Virus record (IMG/VR): IMGVR_UViG_3300021959_006017 | Location: 62,001 to 126,000 of that record | DNA length: 64,000 nucleotides | Strand: one strand, 5' to 3' | Shown here: positions 9,712-18,872 of the stretch, piece by piece | Layout of the letters: each line of letters starts with the position of its first letter | Position numbering within the stretch: the first letter of the stretch is position 1 | Notes under the pieces: model-generated | What the model was told of the DNA's origin: nothing | The model's database searches: none | What the model saw: the letters and a program-made list of their open reading frames with translations, nothing else | Position numbers and translations under genes: made by a program

Positions 9712-9984
9712 CTAAAGTTCGTAAACAGTAGGAGCGTTTAGATTGTTTGCGTTACAGTATGCTTCTAGTTCTTTGCATACTGTAGCAAGGAAGCGATACT
9801 TGCGCTGTGCTTCTGCGTTGGATATCTCTCCATCGCAGTGTAGGTTCTCTGGTGATAGTTGGCTGTCCAGTGTACTAGCTAAGTCATTCACTTGTGCTTG
9901 TGTTAGTGGGAACTGCATTGGTGCAGTGTTGAACAGTGCGATCCAACGGTTGTTGTCATCGATGAATTTTTTAAGTGTGCGCAT
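9712..9984 (-). CDS. hypothetical early protein (LSPENLHCDGE motif)
   Basis: Own promoter and RBS. Confidence 0.75.
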   Translation of the reverse strand: MRTLKKFIDDNNRWIALFNTAPMQFPLTQAQVNDLASTLDSQLSPENLHCDGEISNAEAQRKYRFLATVCKELEAYCNANNLNAPTVYEL

Positions 9985-10043
9985 TGCGTTTGCCCTCGCT
10001 TTGTTTAACTTATGCTATTAGTATAGCACCATTGTAGGATTTG

Positions 10044-10220
10044 TCAACCCCTATTTACAAACTCTTCTAGTGTGCCTTCTGGGAGGAATGCTTCTAGCAC
10101 AGTCTCGTGAACCTTGGCAAACATCTCGTGGATAGCTGTAGTATCACCGTTATCAACATCTTCAACGATCTGTGTGATCACTCGTTCGACCAACTGTTCT
10201 TTGTATTCTTGCGCTGTCAT
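10044..10220 (-). CDS. hypothetical early protein, 58 aa
   Basis: Manual translation MTAQEYKEQLVERV...; TGA lies inside the next -35 box. Confidence 0.6.
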   Translation of the reverse strand: MTAQEYKEQLVERVITQIVEDVDNGDTTAIHEMFAKVHETVLEAFLPEGTLEEFVNRG

Positions 10221-10498
10221 TGGGCATACTCCTTGTTTGATTTAAGATACCATTTCTCTGTAACAGGAAGCCCAAACTCATCCTCATCTACACAGATCAC
10301 CAAACGTGTCTTTAGGACTGTGCCATAACGGTAGCCTTGCTGCCCGCCGATCTGACCATCGCCTACCCAAATCTTGTGCAGGAAGTCTTCGTTGACACCG
10401 TTGAGCGGATCATCATTGAGACTGTATTCGAACCAGTTGCCTGTGTCCTTCTCCTGGACAGCACCTATTGGATCTTTGGTGTAAGTGTAATAAGCCAT
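10217..10498 (-). CDS. hypothetical early protein
   Basis: Own promoter and RBS. Confidence 0.75.
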   Translation of the reverse strand: MAYYTYTKDPIGAVQEKDTGNWFEYSLNDDPLNGVNEDFLHKIWVGDGQIGGQQGYRYGTVLKTRLVICVDEDEFGLPVTEKWYLKSNKEYAQ

Positions 10499-10539
10499 TG
10501 GAGCCCTCCGTTTGCCTAACTGTTATATACAGTATATCT

Positions 10540-10812
10540 TCACTTGCGCTCGATGTCAACCTTTTTCTTTTGCATGAACTCTGCGATCAACTGCTGGTCA
10601 GCTTCTGAAAAGTCTTTGGGCTTAGTGCCAAAAGGTGCTCCGAAGTGCGTGAGCGCATTGCCAACATGACTTAGATCGTTGAGCTTGCGCAGGCCGTTGT
10701 CCGTTACACCTTTGAGTCCGTGCTTCTTACCGTACTCTTCTGACCAGTCCATCATCTGACGACCGATTGCGATCAGTTGCTTTTCTTTTTCGGTTGATTC
10801 ATAAAATTGCAT
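10540..10812 (-). CDS. hypothetical early protein
   Basis: GAGGG RBS, operon spacing. Confidence 0.7.
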   Translation of the reverse strand: MQFYESTEKEKQLIAIGRQMMDWSEEYGKKHGLKGVTDNGLRKLNDLSHVGNALTHFGAPFGTKPKDFSEADQQLIAEFMQKKKVDIERK

Positions 10813-10822
10813 TGTTCCCTCC

Positions 10823-11017
10823 TTAATCTAAATCACAGTCCCAATATGTGCCGTCGAACTCTGCACGGAGTCCACCTAGTGGATAATCCTTGTGTTCAAA
10901 GATAATGTAAGGAGCACTTGTAAACTCGCAGATCTTCTGTGTTACGATATTGACCTCGCTCAACGGAATGTAACGTGCTTCGCCAGTTCCGTAACCTCTG
11001 TTGTGTACCTTAATCAT
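10823..11017 (-). CDS. hypothetical early protein
   Basis: Own promoter and RBS. Confidence 0.7.
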   Translation of the reverse strand: MIKVHNRGYGTGEARYIPLSEVNIVTQKICEFTSAPYIIFEHKDYPLGGLRAEFDGTYWDCDLD

Positions 11018-11065
11018 TGGATGCCCTCCATTGCTTCTAACTATACATACACTATAGCATAGGGT

Positions 11066-11272
11066 TTAGAAGTTGTCAACCTTTTTTTCGATCTTTTCGT
11101 AGATTCGATCTACACCATCTTGCACGTCTTCGAGTACATCCGATCCAAGCGGCGCTGGCATAGTTGCCCAGTAAAGCTCTCCTGCGATCTTGTTGACGCC
11201 TTGCTTTATACCGCCGGCGTCATAGATATAATAAAGGAAGAAGCCGATTAGAATGTAGCCTATGACTCTCAT
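11066..11272 (-). CDS. small membrane-anchored hypothetical protein
   Basis: N-terminal hydrophobic helix. Confidence 0.6.
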   Translation of the reverse strand: MRVIGYILIGFFLYYIYDAGGIKQGVNKIAGELYWATMPAPLGSDVLEDVQDGVDRIYEKIEKKVDNF

Positions 11273-11273
11273 C

Positions 11274-11645
11274 TTAATACTTCTTATAATCGATAATGCC
11301 TACTACACGACCAGCACAGTTCTTTTGGATCGTGCTTTGGACGCCGTTCGCATGACGAACGATCTCTTCTGAACATACTCTTTGTGAAGCCCAAGCCGGC
11401 TCTTGAATGATCACTGTGGTGTGGTTGTTGTAGACTGGAGGAGCCTGTTGGATAATAACCTGTCCTCCGTTGTGGCCGCCGTTGTGGCCGCCGTGATGAC
11501 CGTGGTTGCGATTGCCGTAGATGTCCTGTAGGATGATCGTACCAATCACTCCTGTAAGGATACCTTGTTCACGTTCGCCCCAAGCGTGTGCCTGGGTTGT
11601 TGCTGTCATTGCGATCACTGCCGCTGTTGCTAAGATTTTTTTCAT
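11274..11645 (-). CDS. exported protein with glycine-zipper-like segment and His/Gly repeat
   Basis: Signal peptide, GILTGVIGTIIL, HGHHGGHNGGHNGG. Confidence 0.65.
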   Translation of the reverse strand: MKKILATAAVIAMTATTQAHAWGEREQGILTGVIGTIILQDIYGNRNHGHHGGHNGGHNGGQVIIQQAPPVYNNHTTVIIQEPAWASQRVCSEEIVRHANGVQSTIQKNCAGRVVGIIDYKKY

Positions 11646-11696
11646 TTGCCCTATCTCCTAACTGTTATATATAGTATAGCACCAAAAAAGAATATG

Positions 11697-12008
11697 TCAA
11701 CCCCTAATGGGGCTGATCTCTTTTGCCTGCTCCAACAAGAACTCTCTGTAGTCCTCGTCCTCAGGCAGTTTAGCATACCACTCCTCGTATGTTTGCCACT
11801 CTACTGGAAACTCCTTAGCGCCGATGCTGTTATGCATCTCCTTGGCTGCTACGAACGCAACCGCATCTTGGATGCGATCAAGTCCGGACACAATATAGTC
11901 TGTGCCGCCCTTCATCTTCCAATATGCATTGCCGGAAGCAAACTTGCCGTCCTCGCAGTGTGCGCCATAGTTTTCCAGGAACTGTGTGCTAACTACAAAC
12001 TTGATCAT
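11697..12008 (-). CDS. hypothetical early protein (TQFLENYGAH...WKMKGG)
   Basis: Own promoter and RBS; TGA inside the next -35 box. Confidence 0.75.
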   Translation of the reverse strand: MIKFVVSTQFLENYGAHCEDGKFASGNAYWKMKGGTDYIVSGLDRIQDAVAFVAAKEMHNSIGAKEFPVEWQTYEEWYAKLPEDEDYREFLLEQAKEISPIRG

Positions 12009-12084
12009 GATATTGTCCTCTTTGCCCTAACTGTTATATACAGTATATCATCTAATGCTGAGTTTGTCAACCCCTAAATGTAAA

Positions 12085-12150
12085 AAAGTTTCCGGAGGAG
12101 CGCAAGGGGGAAGTTAGAGGGCAATGTCTGCGCTACGACTCCGGAAAACT
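12085..12150 (-). ncRNA. long hairpin/terminator after the tRNA cluster with a GCCCUC-containing loop
   Basis: tttccgga...tccggaaaa outer stem, gcgca/tgcgc inner stem enclosing gagggc. Confidence 0.45.
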
Positions 12151-12227
<77 letters not shown>

Positions 12228-12232
12228 ATGCT

Positions 12233-12316
12233 TGGTACCTCCGACCGGACTCGAACCGGTACGCTCATGGCGAGGGATTTTAAGTCCCTTGTGTCTACCA
12301 ATTCCACCACGGAGGC
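12233..12316 (-). tRNA. tRNA-Leu(UAA)
   Basis: GCCTCCG acceptor, CT-TAA-AA loop, long variable arm, encoded CCA. Confidence 0.93.
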
Positions 12317-12324
12317 ATTATGTT

Positions 12325-12401
12325 TGGTGGGCCCTGCGAGACTCGAACTCGCAACCTACGGATTATGAGTCCGGTGCTCTAACCAATTGAGCTAAGAGCC
12401 C
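12325..12401 (-). tRNA. tRNA with CAU anticodon, most likely tRNA-Ile2 (elongator Met not excluded)
   Basis: GGGCTCT acceptor, CT-CAT-AA loop, A73, encoded CCA; resembles ileX-type tRNAs. Confidence 0.88.
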
Positions 12402-12412
12402 TAAGGTGGATC

Positions 12413-12604
12413 TTACGATCCGTAATACGCTAACTCCTCTTGGATGCCGGTAAAGGTCTTTTCTGCTTCTGCTTCAAAGCGAGCAACCTTCTGCTCTGCT
12501 TCTTCGATCATTCCCAGCAGGATAACATCTGCTAGGTCTGTGTTGTTGTGGATGATTCGGCGAACGCCTTCTAGTCGTTCAATAAGTTGCAGTTCGTCAT
12601 TCAT
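12413..12604 (-). CDS. hypothetical early protein
   Basis: Start reset to MNDELQ; coupled to the upstream ORF. Confidence 0.6.
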   Translation of the reverse strand: MNDELQLIERLEGVRRIIHNNTDLADVILLGMIEEAEQKVARFEAEAEKTFTGIQEELAYYGS

Positions 12605-12789
12605 TATGCTTGCTCCGAATAAATTGCTAGTCCGCCTACGATAGTTGCAAACAAACCTGCGCCTGCTACCATAAGCATCTCTCCGATAGTGTTTGCCTGA
12701 TCCATGCAAGCCCCGTCGCAGTCACCTGCTGAACCTGCCATCATCAACAAACCTGTAAAAACTAAAACTGTGCCTATTGCTGTCTTCAT
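12604..12789 (-). CDS. small two-helix membrane protein (AGDCD motif)
   Basis: Own promoter and RBS. Confidence 0.7.
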   Translation of the reverse strand: MKTAIGTVLVFTGLLMMAGSAGDCDGACMDQANTIGEMLMVAGAGLFATIVGGLAIYSEQA

Positions 12790-12857
12790 TGTCTTGCCCT
12801 CGCTTTCTAACTATACATACACTATAGCACCGAAGTGCTATAGTGTCAAGACCTTTT

Positions 12858-13163
12858 TTAATAAGCGTGAACTTTTTCTTCGACTTTGATCATCGAAGCT
12901 GGCACCTTGTAGGTGGTGTTGAAGACGCCGTTTGACATGCCACCTTGCACGACCACAGTCTTCTGGTTCACCTTTGTGACCTTCCCAACGACCTTGCCCT
13001 GACGTCCGATGAACGAAACGACATCGCCTTTGGTTACCGAACGGATGCCTTCGCGGGCCAATGCGTTCTGCTTGAGTTTGATAGCATCGTAAATCTCACG
13101 AAGCTCTTCGATATCCTGTAGAGCATAAATGGCCTCTACTGCCTTTGTTACACGATTTGACAT
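12858..13163 (-). CDS. hypothetical protein with SH3/KOW-like C-terminus
   Basis: KGDVVSF...GKVTKVNQKTVVV; start reset to MSNRV. Confidence 0.6.
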   Translation of the reverse strand: MSNRVTKAVEAIYALQDIEELREIYDAIKLKQNALAREGIRSVTKGDVVSFIGRQGKVVGKVTKVNQKTVVVQGGMSNGVFNTTYKVPASMIKVEEKVHAY

Positions 13164-13164
13164 T

Positions 13165-13401
13165 TTAATACTCCTCACCAAAGTCTGCCCATTCTTGTTC
13201 CCACGAGGGTTGACCATCGTCTTCATAGTCCTCCTCGTCTTCGTCTTCGTCGTCCATAAACCGACTGCTCAGCTCGTTGCAGTCTAGCATATCAGCAACG
13301 TCATCCGTGCTCATATACTTCAACGCCATTGTAAGCATATTCTCTGCGCTTACTACGCCGTTCTCTACTAGCTCTAATGCTTCGTCTCTTGCGTTATACA
13401 T
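13165..13401 (-). CDS. acidic hypothetical early protein
   Basis: Own promoter and RBS; ends QPSWEQEWADFGE. Confidence 0.75.
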   Translation of the reverse strand: MYNARDEALELVENGVVSAENMLTMALKYMSTDDVADMLDCNELSSRFMDDEDEDEEDYEDDGQPSWEQEWADFGEEY

Positions 13402-13453
13402 GAAGTTTGCCCTCTTCGTTGTTTCTAACTATACATACACTATAGCAAACGAT

Positions 13454-13630
13454 TTAGGATTTGTCAACCACTTTTTTCAAATATTCTGCAGAAACTGTAA
13501 AGGTCAAGCCTGTGTCGTCGCCGTCGATTGACATGATCTCAAATGAGGCGCATTGACTCTTGAGTGCGTCCTCTACTGCTTCCAACACCAGTTCCATTTG
13601 GTCTACATCTTCAAAGTATTCGGTATCCAT
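13454..13630 (-). CDS. acidic hypothetical protein
   Basis: Start reset to MDTEY, coupled to the upstream stop. Confidence 0.55.
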   Translation of the reverse strand: MDTEYFEDVDQMELVLEAVEDALKSQCASFEIMSIDGDDTGLTFTVSAEYLKKVVDKS

Positions 13631-14220
13631 TACGCATCCTCCATTTCTTCCCATTCAGCGTATTGATCACTCAAGCCGTATTCTTCGTCTATGCGTTTGA
13701 ACAGACTAGGAGCATCGTCGAGGTTGTCTTTATACTGTTCCCAAGTCTCTTGGATGCCGTCCATATGCTCTTCACCGGTCTCGCTATCCCAGAAGCCACC
13801 GAAGTCCATACCACCTTCGTGATAACTCGCTTCAATGTAGACACCGTCCATGTCTTCGCAGAATGTTTCGTATGCGGTAAGTGGTGGAGCCCATGCACTA
13901 TCGAACCAACCACTGATCGAGGCTGTGCCGTCTCCGTTGTCCGTAAACTCTAGTCCTTCTGTGGATACATCCCACTTGGTTCCCCATCGGCCCACACACC
14001 AATCATACCAATTGTCGTAGCCATCTACCACCGGCTGTTCGCCTTCGTAGTTACTGGCACCTTCTTGTGGTGTAGGTGATGTAGTTCCTTCTAGAGCTTT
14101 GGGCATAGGAACCATTGCTGATAGCAGTCCGCCATCTTCGGCTGAAGCCTCTTCCCAAAGTGTTTTGATAGTTTCAGTTGAACCCTGAATCGTGATATTG
14201 TTGTTGCACCAATTTGGCAT
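13630..14220 (-). CDS. YubB/Api92-like (DUF1281-type) ferredoxin-like domain protein
   Basis: MPNWCNN, WCVGRWGTKWD, FDSAWAPP motifs. Confidence 0.7.
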   Translation of the reverse strand: MPNWCNNNITIQGSTETIKTLWEEASAEDGGLLSAMVPMPKALEGTTSPTPQEGASNYEGEQPVVDGYDNWYDWCVGRWGTKWDVSTEGLEFTDNGDGTASISGWFDSAWAPPLTAYETFCEDMDGVYIEASYHEGGMDFGGFWDSETGEEHMDGIQETWEQYKDNLDDAPSLFKRIDEEYGLSDQYAEWEEMEDA

Positions 14221-14299
14221 ACAGCCCTCCTATTTGTTAATCGTTGCCCTTATTGTTCTTACAGTATAGCGCCGAAACGCTATACTGTCAATCTTTAAT

Positions 14300-14764
14300 T
14301 TATTCCCAGCCAATCTCTTTTAGCATTTCTGGGGTGACCTTGCTTTCAACAAAGTCGAAGATCGGAAAGCCGTTATCATCCTTCTCTCCGTGATCGTTTA
14401 CGAGCCAGTTCTGGCCATCCCATAGGTAGGCATACTCTTCCATGTCAGCGATCCAACTTGGAACATCATCGTATTCGTTGATCACAAGCTCTTCGCCACG
14501 GTCTCTGTGGTATGCGAGTGTCCAGTTGTCTGTAAGTGGAAGCTCTGGATTTTTGTAGTCTCGATCGAATGGATGCTGTTCTCCGATCTCTTCGTTTAGT
14601 GCAGAGATTGAACCTAAGCCTATCAACGCTTCAACTTTAGCATTTGAGGTATAGTTTCGACGAAGCATCTCGCCGTTGTGTGCAGGATAACCATCCCAGT
14701 GACAATATACTGAACGGATCTTACCTTCTGGAGTCTTGTATGCAATGTTTGATCTTGTAGCCAT
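14300..14764 (-). CDS. conserved-type phage hypothetical protein (MATRS...YCHWDGYP)
   Basis: Own promoter and RBS. Confidence 0.75.
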   Translation of the reverse strand: MATRSNIAYKTPEGKIRSVYCHWDGYPAHNGEMLRRNYTSNAKVEALIGLGSISALNEEIGEQHPFDRDYKNPELPLTDNWTLAYHRDRGEELVINEYDDVPSWIADMEEYAYLWDGQNWLVNDHGEKDDNGFPIFDFVESKVTPEMLKEIGWE

Positions 14765-14840
14765 TTTTGGAGCCCTCCTAGTGGCGTTGTTGTATTATGT
14801 TTATAATATAGCACAGGGTTTGATGTTTGTCAACCTCTTT

Positions 14841-15041
14841 TTATTCAAAATCCTCATCGATCACTTCAATGTTGGTGATGCTCACACCTGGGTAGGCATC
14901 GTTCTGCAAGCCTTTGAAAGCATCGTTAAAGCTCTGCTGGCTGGCTAGGAAGTTTAGGATGTCCTGCTTGTCGTAGTCCTCTGGAACTTCAAGTGTCTGA
15001 CGGATCGTTGTGACCACGTCGATGTCTACGTACTTGGTCAT
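14841..15041 (-). CDS. hypothetical protein
   Basis: Coupled ORF. Confidence 0.6.
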   Translation of the reverse strand: MTKYVDIDVVTTIRQTLEVPEDYDKQDILNFLASQQSFNDAFKGLQNDAYPGVSITNIEVIDEDFE

Positions 15042-15244
15042 TAGTATTCCTCCCCATAGTCTGCCATTTCCTGCTTTGCTGCAAAGTCTAACAAGTCCAA
15101 AGCCAACTGCTCTGCTTGCTTGCGTGTCAACTGTATGTATTGCCCAAAGTCTGTGCTAACCTGTACACAAGTGCCTTTGTCTTCACCACCGTAGTAGCGT
15201 GTTAACAATACAGCCTTGTCTCTTGTCTTTAAATCAGTAGCCAT
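15041..15244 (-). CDS. hypothetical early protein
   Basis: Own promoter and RBS. Confidence 0.7.
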   Translation of the reverse strand: MATDLKTRDKAVLLTRYYGGEDKGTCVQVSTDFGQYIQLTRKQAEQLALDLLDFAAKQEMADYGEEY

Positions 15245-15319
15245 TGTGTGTGCCCTCTATTGCTTAACTGTTATATACAGTATATCATCTCTGTGTGTGT
15301 TTGTCAACCTCTTTTTTAG

Positions 15320-15475
15320 AAAAAAACGCCCCCGTAGGATGAGGGCGGTCCTACGAGGGCTAGGTGAAGAAGAGCGTGAGGGCTTGCATCTTCTTCTGGT
15401 TGCAGCACTTGGATGAGGGCGGTCCAAGTACTACGTAAACTGTGTTGCGGAACGTGAGGGCTTATGCTCTACGCA
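15320..15475 (-). ncRNA. putative four-hairpin small RNA with GCCCUC loops
   Basis: Stems gtagga/tcctac, gaagaaga/tcttcttc, acttgga/tccaagt plus a weaker fourth stem, each enclosing gagggc on +; T-run at the minus-strand 3' end. Confidence 0.65.
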
Positions 15476-16472
15476 TCACAGTATTCTCAGCCATTGCTTC
15501 CCACTTGAGTGGAAATGCTTTGGCCAAGTCGGCGACTTTTAGTACTGTTCTTAGAGACAGTTCACGTAGTCGCTTCTTATTGATGTCAATGAAGTCGACG
15601 ATGTCGTCCTTTACTTCATCTGACATCTGATACTCATCGAGCATACCGTCTGAAACGATTTGCTTGATGCGTAACATCTTCTCGCGCTCTGTGTCGATAG
15701 TCAAATCAACATAGTGACAGCGAGATTCCAAAGCCATTAAGTGCTCTTTGATCTTGCCTTTGGCTTTGTCAAACTTTAGGTTCGTGATAAAGATCGCGGA
15801 ACCTTTGAACTCGAATGAATCCGGCACACCTTCGTTGCGCAGTTTGAATGAATCTGTGTTCCAGTGAATGCGTCTTGTCTTCTTGGAATCCAATGCAGCT
15901 TTCAGGATGTTCAGGCTAAGCTCGTCTGCGAAGATTGAGTCACAGTCATCAAACACGATAACGTTATCTTTGTCTGCATACTTGTAGAGCTTTACATACA
16001 AACCGATCGCACTCATTGCGCCTTTGACGACCTCATACTTCTTCAGCTTGCTATCGCCTGCGATATCTGCAAGCAGGTCATGCTTGCCTAGTACTTTCTC
16101 TACACCAAACGATTTACCAACACCTGGAGGTCCTGATACGATCATAGCTCGCACATCGCCCTTCTTGGTGGCTTTGGTCATCTCCTCTAGCATGTCAAAG
16201 CGATCACGCATACGGTCCATAATGTCCTGATCACTCTCTTCTCGCACTGTAGTGGCTACGGACTCGCCTACTAGTTCGTAAGCATCATTGCCTGTACACT
16301 TGATCTTAATATTGCGATCCGGAAATCCTGCGACCGCAACACCATCGACCGTAACGTAGCCACCACTTGCACCTACCTTAAACTCTTCTACAAGTGGAAA
16401 GACCATACCTGTCAGGTCTACGTCTTTGCCTCGGATCTTGTAAGTACCCTCTAAAATCTTAACTTTTTTCAT
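15462..16472 (-). CDS. AAA+ ATPase
   Basis: Walker A SGPPGVGKS, Walker B VIVFDDCD, ESRC Arg finger; start reset to MKKVK (GAGGGC RBS). Confidence 0.85.
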   Translation of the reverse strand: MKKVKILEGTYKIRGKDVDLTGMVFPLVEEFKVGASGGYVTVDGVAVAGFPDRNIKIKCTGNDAYELVGESVATTVREESDQDIMDRMRDRFDMLEEMTKATKKGDVRAMIVSGPPGVGKSFGVEKVLGKHDLLADIAGDSKLKKYEVVKGAMSAIGLYVKLYKYADKDNVIVFDDCDSIFADELSLNILKAALDSKKTRRIHWNTDSFKLRNEGVPDSFEFKGSAIFITNLKFDKAKGKIKEHLMALESRCHYVDLTIDTEREKMLRIKQIVSDGMLDEYQMSDEVKDDIVDFIDINKKRLRELSLRTVLKVADLAKAFPLKWEAMAENTVMRRA

Positions 16473-16533
16473 GTTCGCCCTCCAGCGTCTGTGTGTGTTA
16501 TTATGTATACTATACATTCGCTCTACGTAGATG

Positions 16534-16710
16534 TCAACCAAAAAGTAGAACAAATAGTAAAATAAATCCTAGGATGGTTGCAGCATATGTGAAGACATAT
16601 GTTAACGATCCTGCTACCTGCTCGCCAAACGTCACTTCAGTGTTACAGTTGTGACATTTAGTTGCAAAGAACTCTTTGTTGTGGCTCTGGCAATACGGAC
16701 ATAAACTCAT
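16534..16710 (-). CDS. Zn-ribbon plus TM small protein
   Basis: Manual translation MSLCPYC...CHNC, hydrophobic C-terminus; TGA inside a -35 box. Confidence 0.6.
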   Translation of the reverse strand: MSLCPYCQSHNKEFFATKCHNCNTEVTFGEQVAGSLTYVFTYAATILGFILLFVLLFG

Positions 16711-16719
16711 ATCAGCCTC

Positions 16720-16881
16720 CTACAGAAAAAACCAAACGATGAAAGCAAAGCCTACCAACCATGGTGCCAGCTGCCATCCAATACGCAATGCTCCTACGAA
16801 CACTGCACCTACAATACCGATTAGCAAACCTAATACGACTAGGACTGAAATGATGTCCCACATTGTTGTTAACTGATCCAT
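16720..16881 (-). CDS. small membrane protein (53 aa)
   Basis: Manual translation, two hydrophobic helices. Confidence 0.55.
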   Translation of the reverse strand: MDQLTTMWDIISVLVVLGLLIGIVGAVFVGALRIGWQLAPWLVGFAFIVWFFL

Positions 16882-17042
16882 TATCGACGCACCACTTCTA
16901 CTAGTCTACGTGCCCGGCCTGTGTAGGCACTTGCACTCACACCTGCCATCTGACAACCTTTATCCATCGCACTCGACTCTGACAGGGCCATTACGGTTCC
17001 TTGGAACTGTCCGTCATAATAAACAAAATATTGATGAAACAT
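16881..17042 (-). CDS. hypothetical protein (53 aa)
   Basis: Manual translation MFHQYFVYYDG...; own promoter. Confidence 0.55.
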   Translation of the reverse strand: MFHQYFVYYDGQFQGTVMALSESSAMDKGCQMAGVSASAYTGRARRLVEVVRR

Positions 17043-17088
17043 TTTCTTACCCTCGTTTTCTAACTGTTATATACAGTGTACGATCTCT

Positions 17089-17283
17089 TTAGCGTCTTGT
17101 CAACCGATATTTTTCTTTTAAGAAAGAAATATTTTCTTTCACGTACTCACGGAATGAATGCGGCTGAACTTGTCCGAAGCTGTGATACTCGTCTCTGTTC
17201 TCAAAGTACTTGTTCCAACAGAAGCCCGCAAAGGGCTTCTTCTTGTATGGCTTTGGATTATTAACTTCCATTACATGCTCCAA
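17089..17283 (-). CDS. hypothetical protein
   Basis: Coupled ORF. Confidence 0.6.
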   Translation of the reverse strand: MEHVMEVNNPKPYKKKPFAGFCWNKYFENRDEYHSFGQVQPHSFREYVKENISFLKEKYRLTRR

Positions 17284-17600
17284 TAGGCTTCGCTGCTGGG
17301 TGACATATAGTTAGGAGTGTTAACCCCTTCGTACCAAGTCTTTGTGTTGTCCATTAGGCTGGACTTTTTAACCTGCTTCTCAATATGTTTGTGGAAGTAG
17401 CTGGCCTCTGCAATCGCATAACGGAACAGAGCATAGTTCGGATCCGTAGGCAGTAGACCTTCTGCCTTTGCAATGCGTGTAAGACCTGCTTTCGCTGCTG
17501 CCATAGTCTTGTAGCTCTGGCGGTGGTCCGGACGGGCAACACCATTACGATCGGGCTTGCCGATAATGTAAGTGCTGCTCTGTTCGTAAATGTAAAACAT
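17271..17600 (-). CDS. hypothetical early protein (ends NTPNYMSPSSEAYWSM)
   Basis: Own promoter and RBS. Confidence 0.75.
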   Translation of the reverse strand: MFYIYEQSSTYIIGKPDRNGVARPDHRQSYKTMAAAKAGLTRIAKAEGLLPTDPNYALFRYAIAEASYFHKHIEKQVKKSSLMDNTKTWYEGVNTPNYMSPSSEAYWSM

Positions 17601-17658
17601 GGAATGCCCTCCGTTGTTTCTAACTATACTTATAGTGTATGCTCACTCAGAGCATTTG

Positions 17659-17835
17659 TCAACCGAAATCTGTAGCTCGAAGTTCGATTTCTTCTTCTAC
17701 GTCCATCCACAGTTCGTAGACTTTGCTGGTGAGTTTCTTCTTGACACTCTCCTGTAGAGGGAGCTGCATGATGAGCTCATCGACCTCGTCGAGTTTGTTG
17801 TCAAGAGTTTCAAGGATTGATTCTGTGGTTACCAT
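17659..17835 (-). CDS. acidic helical hypothetical protein (58 aa)
   Basis: Manual translation MVTTESILETLDNK...; GGAG RBS; TGA inside a -35 box. Confidence 0.6.
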   Translation of the reverse strand: MVTTESILETLDNKLDEVDELIMQLPLQESVKKKLTSKVYELWMDVEEEIELRATDFG

Positions 17836-17880
17836 TGGGGTCTCCTATTAGCGGGGCCTATTACATTATAACTTTTTGCA

Positions 17881-18048
17881 CTAGCTTTGCCATGCTAGTA
17901 CTTTGTTGTTTTTAACTGTTAGCACACGCATTTCCGTGTAGCCGTCGCGCATAGTAAAAACTGCGCTGTACACAGCCGCGCCGCCGTCTAGCATGTTAAG
18001 CATTTGCAAGTTTGTGTACTTGCCGTTTTTTACTTTTAGTGTTTGCAT
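17881..18048 (-). CDS. hypothetical early protein (55 aa, no Pro)
   Basis: Manual translation MQTLKVKNGKY...; promoter and RBS. Confidence 0.65.
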   Translation of the reverse strand: MQTLKVKNGKYTNLQMLNMLDGGAAVYSAVFTMRDGYTEMRVLTVKNNKVLAWQS

Positions 18049-18119
18049 ATAAAGCCCTCTATGCTGTTAAGTGTTAGTGTGTATAATAGCACACACTAAC
18101 ACATTTGTCAACTACTTTT

Positions 18120-18467
18120 TTAGTTACTTAAACATGCGTAGTCAAGCAAGTTAACGTTTTGCATTGCTGTGTTAGCAACACAATTTTCGTACAAGCTGCT
18201 TTCGTCGTAGTATGTAATGTTGTTTGCAAAAACTTCCATTACAGTGCTAAGTGCTACGTAGTCGTCGCAGTCTGCAAAACTTGCGTAAACTTCCGCTAGT
18301 TGTGCATAAATGTTTGCACTGTTAATAAAGTAGCTTGCACTTGTGCAGTCTGCTTCCATTAGCAGTACGTTGTTAAATGCGTTTGTTAGTACAGCGTATA
18401 CTGTATCCGCATGTACGCTGTCTACGTTTGTTGTTTGTGTTTGTGTAATAGTTTTTAGTGCTTGCAT
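18120..18467 (-). CDS. hypothetical early protein (no Pro)
   Basis: Promoter and RBS. Confidence 0.7.
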   Translation of the reverse strand: MQALKTITQTQTTNVDSVHADTVYAVLTNAFNNVLLMEADCTSASYFINSANIYAQLAEVYASFADCDDYVALSTVMEVFANNITYYDESSLYENCVANTAMQNVNLLDYACLSN

Positions 18468-18537
18468 AACTGCCCTCCGTATGCTTTAGTGTATGTGTAC
18501 ATAATAGCACACATACACACAGTTGTCAAGTGTTTTT

Positions 18538-18783
18538 TTATATGCTGTTTATTAAACTTGTAGCAATTTGCTTTGTGCTTTTGTTTTTGCTGTACAAGTT
18601 GTACAGTGCAGGAAGTAGTTTGTACTGTTGCAGCACTTGTGCGCTTACGTTGCGCTTTACTGCTTGTACTGAGTTTGCACTTACGTTTTGTGCTTTTGTT
18701 TTACTGCAATGCTTAAACATTGTGTTGCTTGTGCTGCAATAAGTTAAAAACACATTACGTGCAAGTTGTTTTGTAGTTAACAT
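18538..18783 (-). CDS. basic hypothetical early protein
   Basis: Promoter and RBS. Confidence 0.65.
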   Translation of the reverse strand: MLTTKQLARNVFLTYCSTSNTMFKHCSKTKAQNVSANSVQAVKRNVSAQVLQQYKLLPALYNLYSKNKSTKQIATSLINSI

Positions 18784-18872
18784 ACGTAGCCCTCGTTTTT
18801 GTTAAACTGTACATACAGTATAACACAAGTTGCACACAATGCAAGCGAAAAATGCACTGTGTGCAAACTTTT

